NCBI GenBank assembly: GCA_963718615.1
Contig: OY970368.1
Coordinates: forward strand, 448,977 to 512,976
Direction of reading: 5' to 3'
DNA: 64,000 nucleotides
DNA from: an uncultured cyanobacterium
Lineage (GTDB): Bacteria; Cyanobacteriota; Cyanobacteriia; PCC-9006; JAAUQQ01
Position 1 is the stretch's first letter, and every line of letters begins with the position of its first letter. The notes under the pieces were generated by a model that worked only from the letters and a program-made list of their open reading frames with translations, was not told the DNA's origin and did no database searches. Shown here one piece after another: positions 20,130 through 27,024 of the stretch. Position numbers and translations under genes: made by a program.

Positions 20130-22256
20130 ATGGTGCTGACAACAATCCTGATTTTGGCTGCGAACCCAAAGGATACGCAGAAGCTGCGCCTGGACCAAGA
20201 AGTCCGGGATATTGAGGAGGCGCTGCGACGGGCTCCGGCGGGACGCGATCGCTTTCAAGTCATCCAGTACTGGGCCGTCCGGCTGGATGATTTACGGCGA
20301 GCTTTGTTGGAGCATCAACCGCAGATTGTCCATTTTTCGGGGCATGGGGTGGGCGATCGCGGTCTAGTTTTCGAGGATGACCAAGGCAACAGCCAACTAG
20401 CCGACAGCCAAGGCATTGCTAATTTGCTGCGGCTGACGTCCAGCCTTGAATGTGTGGTCTTGAATGCCTGCTATTCCGAGGTTCAGGCTGAGGCGTTGGA
20501 AGCAGCCATATCGGGTTGTCTGATTGGCATGAATCAGGCGGTGGGGGATGAGGCGGCGCGGAAGTTTGCCATCGGGTTTTATGATGGACTGTTTTATGGG
20601 GAGTCCTATGAGCGGGCGTTTGAGTATGGCTTGACGGCGTTGGAGCTGGAGCGGTTGCCCCAGGTGCCGGTTTTGACTTGGGGACGGCGATCGCTCAATT
20701 CTGCCGATGTTTCTCCTCGGCGCGTTTTCATCAGCTACAAGCGCAATGCGCAACCGGATGCGGCCTTGGCCTTGCAGTTGGTGGAGGCTCTCAGCCACAA
20801 TCACCAGGTTTTTATCGATCAGCAGATGGCGGTGGGGGTGCGCTGGCGCGATCGCATCGCCCAAGAGATTCGCCAAGCGGATGCCATGGTGGTGTTGCTG
20901 TCTGAAATGTCGGTCCAGAGCGAAATGGTGGAGCTGGAGGTGAAGCTGGCCCAGGAGGGAGCCGCCAATGTTGGAAAGCCCACGGTGCTGCCGGTGCGGG
21001 TGCAGTACCGAGAGCCGTTTCAATATCCCCTCAGTGTCTACCTGGACCCGATCAACTGGGCTTTCTGGGAGGGACCGGAGGACACCTCGCGCTTGCTGGG
21101 AGAATTGCAGGCGGCGCTGCGCGGTGGCGATTTGCCGGTGGCGACGGCTCAGGCGAAGCAGGCCCTGCTGCAACCAACTGCGACTTCCACAATTCCGAGC
21201 CCCACGCCTTCGGCCCAGCCCCAAACCCAAGCGGCCTGCAACCCAGCGACGCTGGAGCAGCCGGAGGGGACGATGGATCCGGAGTCGGTGTTTTATGTGG
21301 AGCGTCCGGTGGATGCAGTGGCGTTGGAAACCATCGCTCAGTCAGGGGTGACGCTGACGATTAAGGGTCCGCGTCAGATGGGGAAAAGTTCGCTGCTGCT
21401 GCGCACCATTGAGGCGGCGCGGGATGCGGGAAAACAGGTGGTGTTTCTAGATTTTCAGTTGTTTGACCAAGCGGCGTTGCAGGATGCGGATACGTTCTAT
21501 CGGCAGTTTTGCTATTGCCTGACGGATGAGCTGAATTTGGACGACGAGGTAGAGCAATATTGGGCGCGACCTCTGGGGAATCCGCAGCGCTGTACCCGTT
21601 ACGTCGAGCGCCATATCCTTAAGCAAATTCAGGAGCCGATTGTGCTGGCGATGGATGAGGTGGAGCGGATGTTTGATACGCCGTTTCGCAATGACTTTTT
21701 CAGTATGTTGCGCAGTTGGCATAATCAGCGGGCGATGAAGCCGCTGTGGAAGCGGTTGGATTTGGCCTTGGTAACTTCGACGGAGCCCTATCAGCTAATT
21801 GCGGATTTAAATCAGTCGCCGTTTAATGTGGGGCAGGTGTTGCGGCTAGAGGATTTTTCGCCGGAGCAGGTGGTGGCGTTGAATCTGGCCCACGGGGAGC
21901 CCTTTGGGGCGGGGGAGGTGCAGAAGTTGATTGGGTTGTTGAATGGGCACCCCTATTTGACGCGGCGGGCGTTGTATTTGGTGGCGAGTGGACGGCTGGG
22001 GCCGGGGGAGCTGTTTGCCACGGCGGCGGATGAGCGGGGGCCGTTTGGCGATCATTTGCGCTATCACCTGTTCCGCATGTATGACCAACGGGAGCTGGTG
22101 GAAGGTTTTTTGGAGGTGTTGAAACGGCGGGACTGCGAAAATGAGCGGGTGTTTTTTCGGCTGAATGGGGCGGGGATTGTGATGCGCCAGGGTCATGATG
22201 TGGTTCCAAGGTGTCAGTTATATGCCGAATTTTTTGGAGACCATTTACGACAATAA
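20130..22256 (+). CDS. Caspase/CHAT-like domain + TIR domain + AAA-like (STAND-type) NTPase; no repeat or sensor domain
   Basis: ORF 20106..22256 with an ATG at 20130. The N-terminus reads ILILAANPKDTQKLRLDQEVRDIEEAL..IVHFSGHG..CVVLNACYS, giving a His/Cys dyad spaced as in caspase-fold CHAT domains. The TIR domain reads RRVFISYKRNAQPD..DAMVVLLSEMSVQSEMVELE. The NTPase reads FYVERPVD..IKGPRQMGKSSLLLR (Walker A), IVLAMDEVE (Walker B), SPFNVGQVLRLEDFS. Confidence 0.8.
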   Translation: MVLTTILILAANPKDTQKLRLDQEVRDIEEALRRAPAGRDRFQVIQYWAVRLDDLRRALLEHQPQIVHFSGHGVGDRGLVFEDDQGNSQLADSQGIANLLRLTSSLECVVLNACYSEVQAEALEAAISGCLIGMNQAVGDEAARKFAIGFYDGLFYGESYERAFEYGLTALELERLPQVPVLTWGRRSLNSADVSPRRVFISYKRNAQPDAALALQLVEALSHNHQVFIDQQMAVGVRWRDRIAQEIRQADAMVVLLSEMSVQSEMVELEVKLAQEGAANVGKPTVLPVRVQYREPFQYPLSVYLDPINWAFWEGPEDTSRLLGELQAALRGGDLPVATAQAKQALLQPTATSTIPSPTPSAQPQTQAACNPATLEQPEGTMDPESVFYVERPVDAVALETIAQSGVTLTIKGPRQMGKSSLLLRTIEAARDAGKQVVFLDFQLFDQAALQDADTFYRQFCYCLTDELNLDDEVEQYWARPLGNPQRCTRYVERHILKQIQEPIVLAMDEVERMFDTPFRNDFFSMLRSWHNQRAMKPLWKRLDLALVTSTEPYQLIADLNQSPFNVGQVLRLEDFSPEQVVALNLAHGEPFGAGEVQKLIGLLNGHPYLTRRALYLVASGRLGPGELFATAADERGPFGDHLRYHLFRMYDQRELVEGFLEVLKRRDCENERVFFRLNGAGIVMRQGHDVVPRCQLYAEFFGDHLRQ

Positions 22257-22346
22257 CCGTTATGCCCGTAGGGACGAACCGCCGTTCGTCCTTGCCAATA
22301 CCCAAGCAGCAGCCAGATCGAGATTAACCCAGGGATTAACAGCACC

Positions 22347-25300
22347 ATGAGTTCATCGATTTACACCACAGGCGGAACGGTCCAGGCGGGGGGCGGCATC
22401 TATCTGCCCCGCAAGGCGGATGATGAGCTGTTGCAGCTCTGCCGGGAGGGGCAGTTTGCCTATGTGTTGACGCCGAGACAGATGGGAAAGTCGAGTTTGA
22501 TGGTACGGACGGCGGAGCGGCTGGGGGAAGAAGGCGTTACGTCGGTGATTATTGACCTGACCAAGATTGGCACGGAGGTGACGGCGGAGCAATGGTATTT
22601 GGGGCTGCTGACGGAGATTGATGATGCGTTGATGTTGGAGACGGACATTTTTGACTGGTGGGCGGAGCGGCAGCATTTGGGTGTGACGCAGCGGCTGACG
22701 CGATTTTTTGAGGAGGTGCTGCTGGCGGAGGTGGCTGGGCAACTCGTGGTGTTTGTGGATGAGATTGACACGACGCTGAGTTTGGATTTTACGGACGACT
22801 TTTTTATTGCGATTCGCTATTTCTATGTGGGGCGGGCGAAGGCGGAGGCGTTGGGTCGGCTGTCGTTTGTGTTGATCGGGGTGGCGACACCGGGGGATTT
22901 GATTCGGGATCCGCAGCGGACGCCGTTTAATGTGGGGCGGCGGGTGGAGTTGACGGATTTTACGGCGGCGGAGGCGTTGCCTTTTGCCCAGGGGTTGGGG
23001 CCGCAGGGTGAGGAGGTTTTGGGCTGGGTGATGGAGTGGAGTGGGGGGCACCCGTATTTGACGCAGCGGTTGTGTCAGGGGGTGGCGGAGGCGGGGAGTG
23101 GTGTGGACGAAGGCTCTGTGAATCAGTTGGTGGAAAAACTATTTCTGGAGGGGGGAGAGCGGAACGACAATAATTTGTTGTTTGTGCGGGATATGTTGAC
23201 CCAGCGGACGCCGAATCGGAATGAGTCGGTGTATGAGGTGTTGATGACCTATCGGGATGTGTGGTTGGATAGGCAACCCGTGCTGGATGAGGAGCAGTCG
23301 CTGGTGAAGTCGCATCTGAAGCTGGCGGGGATTGTGCGGCGGGAGGCGGATCGGCAAGGGGCGCTGCGGGTGAGCAATGGGGTTTACCGGGCGGTGTTTG
23401 ACGAGGCTTGGGTGAAGGAACATCTCCCCACAAATTGGGTCAAGCGCTTGCAAAGGGCGCGGGCCGCTATTGCTGCATTGCTTGCGGTGACGTTGGTGGC
23501 GGTGCCGTTGGGGGTGTTGGCGGAGTATCGGCGGCGGGAGGCGGTGGAGCAGCGGGCGGAGGCGCAGAAACAAACGATTTTGGCTCAGGCTAATTCTTCG
23601 CGGGCTTTTTTGTTGGCGAATCAACCCTTGGAAGGCATGGTGGCGGCGGTGGCGGCTTGGCAGAAGGTGGAGGAAGAAGATTTGAGTACAGCAACGATGG
23701 CAGCACCAGCAAGGACTGCCCTAATGGGAGGAGCATACTATGAGCCAGGATTTAATCTGGGTCCTGTACAAGCAAAGCGGTTCTCTAAGCGTAGTTTTCG
23801 AGAAAAAAACTTTCTAGAAGGCCATGGCGATAGTGTCATAAGTGTGGCCTTTAGCCCCGATGGAGAGACGATTGCATCCGCCAGCTTGGATCGCACGGTC
23901 AAACTCTGGGATCGGCAGGGAAAGCTACTCAACACCCTAGAAGGCCATGGCGATAGTGTCATAAGTGTGGCCTTTAGCCCCGATGGAGAGACGATTGCAT
24001 CCGCCAGCGATGATCGCACGGTCAAACTCTGGGATCGGCAGGGAAAGCTGCTCAACACCCTAGAAGGCCATGGCTCTAGTGTCTGGAGTGTGGCCTTTAG
24101 CCCCGATGGAGAGACGATTGCATCCGCCAGCTTGGATCGCACGGTCAAACTCTGGGATCGGCAGGGAAAGCTGCTCAACACCCTAGAAGGCCATGGCAAT
24201 TGGGTCATAAGTGTGGCCTTTAGCCCCGATGGAGAGACGATTGCATCCGCCAGCTCAGATCGCACGGTCAAACTCTGGGATCGGCAGGGAAAGCTGCTCA
24301 ACACCCTAGAAGGCCATGGCAATTGGGTCATAAGTGTGGCCTTTAGCCCCGATGGAGAGACGATTGCATCCGCCAGCGATGATCGCACGGTCAAACTCTG
24401 GGATCGGCAGGGAAAGCTGCTCAACACCCTAGAAGGCCATGGCAATTGGGTCAGAAGTGTGGCCTTTAGCCCCGATGGAGAGACGATTGCATCCGCCAGC
24501 TTGGATCGCACGGTCAAACTCTGGGATCGGCAGGGAAAGCTGCTCAACACCCTAGAAGGTCATGGCAATTGGGTCATAAGTGTGGCCTTTAGCCCCGATG
24601 GAGAGACGATTGCATCCGCCAGCTTGGATCGCACGGTCAAACTCTGGGATCGGCAGGGAAAGCTGCTCAACACCCTAGAAGGCCATGGCAATTGGGTCAT
24701 AAGTGTGGCCTTTAGCCCCGATGGAGAGACGATTGCATCCGCCAGCTTGGATCGCACGGTCAAACTCTGGGATCGGCAGGGAAAGCTGCTCAACACCCTA
24801 GAAGGCCATGGCGATAGTGTCATAAGTGTGGCCTTTAGCCCCGATGGAGAGACGATTGCATCCGCCAGCGATGATCGCACGGTCAAACTCTGGGATCGGC
24901 AGGGAAAGCTGCTCAACACCCTAGAAGGCCATGGCGATAGTGTCATAAGTGTGGCCTTTAGCCCCGATGGAGAGACGATTGCATCCGCCAGCGATGATCG
25001 CACGGTCAAACTCTGGGATCGGCAGGGAAAGCTACTCAACACCCTAGAAGGCCATGGCAATTGGGTCATAAGTGTGGCCTTTAGCCCCGATGGAGAGACG
25101 ATTGCATCCGCCAGCTTGGATCGCACGGTCAAACTCTGGGATCGGCAGGGAAAGCTGCTCAACACCCTAGAAGGCCATGGCGATAGTGTCATAAGTGTGG
25201 CCTTTAGCCCCGATGGAGAGACGATTGCATCCGCCAGCGATGATCGCACGGTCAAACTCTGGGATCGGCAGGGAAAGCTGCTCAACACCCTAGAAGGCCA

Positions 25301-25625
25301 TGGCGATAGTGTCATAAGTGTGGCCTTTAGCCCCGATGGAGAGACGATTGCATCCGCCAGCGATGATCGCACGGTCAAACTCTGGGATCGGCAGGGAAAG
25401 CTGCTCAACACCCTAGAAGGCCATGGCTCTAGTGTCATAAGTGTGGCCTTTAGCCCCGATGGAGAAACGATTGCATCCGCCAGCTCAGATCGCACGGTCA
25501 AACTCTGGGATCGCGACCCGCAGAGGCTACTGGCTTGGCACTGCAACTGGCTCCGCGACTATTTGCTCCACAACCCCGATGGGCAAAAGGCAAAGGCAGA
25601 CGGCGTTTGTCGGGGCAGGCTCTAG
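22347..25625 (+). CDS. AAA-like (STAND-type) NTPase + single TM helix + 14 WD40 repeats
   Basis: The N-terminus reads IYTTGGTVQAGGGIYLPRKADDELLQLCREGQFAYVLTPRQMGKSSLMVR (Walker A), LVVFVDEID (Walker B), TPFNVGRRVELTDFT. The hydrophobic helix is AAIAALLAVTLVAVPLGVLA. It is followed by 14 units of LEGHGxxVxSVAFSPDGETIASASxDRTVKLWDRQGKLLNT. Confidence 0.85.
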   Translation: MSSSIYTTGGTVQAGGGIYLPRKADDELLQLCREGQFAYVLTPRQMGKSSLMVRTAERLGEEGVTSVIIDLTKIGTEVTAEQWYLGLLTEIDDALMLETDIFDWWAERQHLGVTQRLTRFFEEVLLAEVAGQLVVFVDEIDTTLSLDFTDDFFIAIRYFYVGRAKAEALGRLSFVLIGVATPGDLIRDPQRTPFNVGRRVELTDFTAAEALPFAQGLGPQGEEVLGWVMEWSGGHPYLTQRLCQGVAEAGSGVDEGSVNQLVEKLFLEGGERNDNNLLFVRDMLTQRTPNRNESVYEVLMTYRDVWLDRQPVLDEEQSLVKSHLKLAGIVRREADRQGALRVSNGVYRAVFDEAWVKEHLPTNWVKRLQRARAAIAALLAVTLVAVPLGVLAEYRRREAVEQRAEAQKQTILAQANSSRAFLLANQPLEGMVAAVAAWQKVEEEDLSTATMAAPARTALMGGAYYEPGFNLGPVQAKRFSKRSFREKNFLEGHGDSVISVAFSPDGETIASASLDRTVKLWDRQGKLLNTLEGHGDSVISVAFSPDGETIASASDDRTVKLWDRQGKLLNTLEGHGSSVWSVAFSPDGETIASASLDRTVKLWDRQGKLLNTLEGHGNWVISVAFSPDGETIASASSDRTVKLWDRQGKLLNTLEGHGNWVISVAFSPDGETIASASDDRTVKLWDRQGKLLNTLEGHGNWVRSVAFSPDGETIASASLDRTVKLWDRQGKLLNTLEGHGNWVISVAFSPDGETIASASLDRTVKLWDRQGKLLNTLEGHGNWVISVAFSPDGETIASASLDRTVKLWDRQGKLLNTLEGHGDSVISVAFSPDGETIASASDDRTVKLWDRQGKLLNTLEGHGDSVISVAFSPDGETIASASDDRTVKLWDRQGKLLNTLEGHGNWVISVAFSPDGETIASASLDRTVKLWDRQGKLLNTLEGHGDSVISVAFSPDGETIASASDDRTVKLWDRQGKLLNTLEGHGDSVISVAFSPDGETIASASDDRTVKLWDRQGKLLNTLEGHGSSVISVAFSPDGETIASASSDRTVKLWDRDPQRLLAWHCNWLRDYLLHNPDGQKAKADGVCRGRL
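23814..25535 (+). repeat. 14 tandem, in-frame 123-bp WD40-coding repeats with near-complete nucleotide identity
   Basis: The unit ctagaaggccatggc...ctcaacacc recurs every 123 nt (23814, 23937, ...). The differences I could see are confined to 4 codons per unit, plus about 4 isolated synonymous changes (cta/ctg, ggc/ggt, gag/gaa). Confidence 0.95.
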
Positions 25626-25651
25626 CCATTTCCCCAGTCGCCGCTGCAGCC

Positions 25652-25945
25652 CTATTGATCAAATAATCGCTCTACATCTCGGGAGCCGTGCAAAATTCGA
25701 ACAATCTCGATGCAGTTGGCTTGCACAAAATAAAAAACAATATACGGCTTCACCGGAAAACTCCTCAGTTCTGCCAACAACTCGTCCCGAAGCTTCCCCA
25801 TTTCCGGAAACTGCGCCAACATTGGCAAATGATCCAAGAGCTTCGCGATCGCCCGATCCGCTCCAATCTCATCCTGCTCAGCCAAATAAACCCAAATATC
25901 TTCCAAATCCTGCTCAGCTTCCCGAGAGAGTTGATAACGGTTCAT
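25652..25945 (-). CDS. parE: Type II toxin, RelE/ParE family
   Basis: MNRYQLSREAEQDLEDIWVYLAEQDEIGADRAIAKLLDHLPMLAQFPEMGKLRDELLAELRSFPVKPYIVFYFV..IEIVRILHGSRDV is a typical ParE-like sequence of 97 aa. It overlaps the upstream antitoxin by 4 bp. Confidence 0.85.
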   Translation of the reverse strand: MNRYQLSREAEQDLEDIWVYLAEQDEIGADRAIAKLLDHLPMLAQFPEMGKLRDELLAELRSFPVKPYIVFYFVQANCIEIVRILHGSRDVERLFDQ

Positions 25946-26247
25946 GCTTGCTCTTGCCGAGCCCGACCTCGCTCCCGAATCTTTGCCGCCAAATCTGGCA
26001 ACGTCTCATTCGTATACGCCGTAAACTGACCTGCTCTAAGCTGCTCAACCCCAAGCATCAGTGCCTGACGCAACTCCGTCAACTTTGCTTGCTCCTCCTC
26101 CGACAAAGGTTTAGCCCGTAGCTTTTCTGTCAGAGCCCTGCGCTCCTCATCTGTTAACGCTAGGATAATCTGCGCCAGAGAATCCACAAGCTGGGTGTTT
26201 ACAGGAGGGCCTCCACTGCTTGCCTGGGTCGCCGTGGCTTGAGTCAT
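25942..26247 (-). CDS. Type II antitoxin (ParD-like)
   Basis: 101 aa, directly upstream of the ParE-like gene with an ATGA overlap. The C-terminal part (LRQALMLGVEQLRAGQFTAYTNETLPDLAAKIRERG) resembles ParD-type antitoxins. Confidence 0.7.
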   Translation of the reverse strand: MTQATATQASSGGPPVNTQLVDSLAQIILALTDEERRALTEKLRAKPLSEEEQAKLTELRQALMLGVEQLRAGQFTAYTNETLPDLAAKIRERGRARQEQA

Positions 26248-26312
26248 TGCTAATCCATCCTCAACGCTATCTTTAATTGTAGCTTAGTCGGCTAGCAGCC
26301 CACTCACCGGAC

Positions 26313-26384
26313 GTAACAATACCCTGAGAGCTTCCGCCAATGGGTACGCTAGGGCAACACACAGGGTATGGCACAGACCGCTAA
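26313..26384 (+). pseudogene. Decayed 3' fragment of a second xisI-like gene
   Basis: caacacacagggtatggcacagaccgctaa (ending with TAA at 26382-84) matches the 3' end of the intact xisI (caacacacaggatatggcgcagacagctaa, ending at 27395) with 3 mismatches. The fragment translates as ..PPMGTLGQHTGYGTDR*, against ..HPPSVRQHTGYGADS* for the intact gene. An in-frame TGA lies just upstream. Confidence 0.45.
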
Positions 26385-26607
26385 TTCCACCATGACATCT
26401 GCCAGTGCAACTATTTACGCCACAACCCCACCGGCCAACAAGCCCGCGCCCGAGACGTCTGCCAGGGCAGGCTCTAACCCCACCCCTCACCTCAGCCCCA
26501 GACACCGGGGGTTTTGGTCTCATCCTGAAATCTGCATCTCTCCCCCACCAAACTCCCGGCGTTTCAGCCTCCAACTATGAATTCAGGGTTTGCATTACAC
26601 TAAAACC

Positions 26608-27024
26608 ATGCCAGCCAAAGACCTCTATCACGACGCTGTCAAATCAGCCCTGATTCAAGACGGGTGGACCATCACCGATGATCCACTCACCCTTAAGATT
26701 GGCGTTCGAAACCTAGCCATTGACCTAGGAGCCGAGAAACTCCTCGCAGCAGAACGTGGGCCAGACAAAATCGCAGTCGAAGTCAAAAGTTTCATTGGTC
26801 CTTCCCTCCTCTCCGAACTAGAAAAAGCCTGGGGACAGTTTTTCCTCTACGCCCGAACCCTTGCACGGCAAGAACCTGAACGCAACCTCTATCTAGCCGT
26901 AAACAATACAACCTTTGAAACCCTCTTTCAGGAAGAAGCCGGTCAGATCCTCCTTCAAGAGCCAGGATTTCGCTTACTCGTTGTTGATGTCGATCGCCAG
27001 GAAATAGTTCTATGGAAACCCTAG
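26608..27024 (+). CDS. xisH: XisH family protein
   Basis: MPAKDLYHDAVKSALIQDGWTITDDPLTLKIGVRNLAIDLGAEKLLAAERGPDKIAVEVKSF is a characteristic XisH sequence. ATG at 26608. Confidence 0.85.
   Translation: MPAKDLYHDAVKSALIQDGWTITDDPLTLKIGVRNLAIDLGAEKLLAAERGPDKIAVEVKSFIGPSLLSELEKAWGQFFLYARTLARQEPERNLYLAVNNTTFETLFQEEAGQILLQEPGFRLLVVDVDRQEIVLWKP

Noticed and set aside
22272-22291. Hairpin ggacgaac-cgcc-gttcgtcc between the two NTPase genes as a terminator
   Set aside because: No U-tract follows it. The genes are 90 bp apart on the same strand and are more likely co-transcribed. I left it uncalled.
20397-23624. A series of long minus-strand ORFs (20397..21230, 21823..22305, 21846..22196, 22353..23051, 22960..23433, 23139..23624), rich in P/R/H/Q
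   Set aside because: They are low-complexity translations antisense to the two NTPase genes. They exist because the sense strand uses almost only G-ending codons, which removes antisense stop codons. The sense frames carry clear Walker, TIR and CHAT-like motifs.
23814-25535. Regular 123-bp periodicity that could superficially suggest a CRISPR-like array
   Set aside because: There are no unique spacers. The whole unit is repeated, it is in frame, and it encodes canonical WD40 blades. No cas genes are nearby.
23738-25546. Two long minus-strand ORFs (270 and 328 aa) with repeated ..SPSGLKATLMT.. sequence
   Set aside because: They are the antisense reading of the 123-bp WD40 repeats. Their periodicity simply mirrors the sense repeats, the sense frame has clear WD40 motifs, and it is continuous with the upstream NTPase.
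25441-26121. 226-aa plus-strand ORF spanning the end of the WD40 gene and the ParE/ParD region
   Set aside because: It is an out-of-frame continuation across a gene boundary and antisense to the clear ParE/ParD pair. Its sequence is low complexity.
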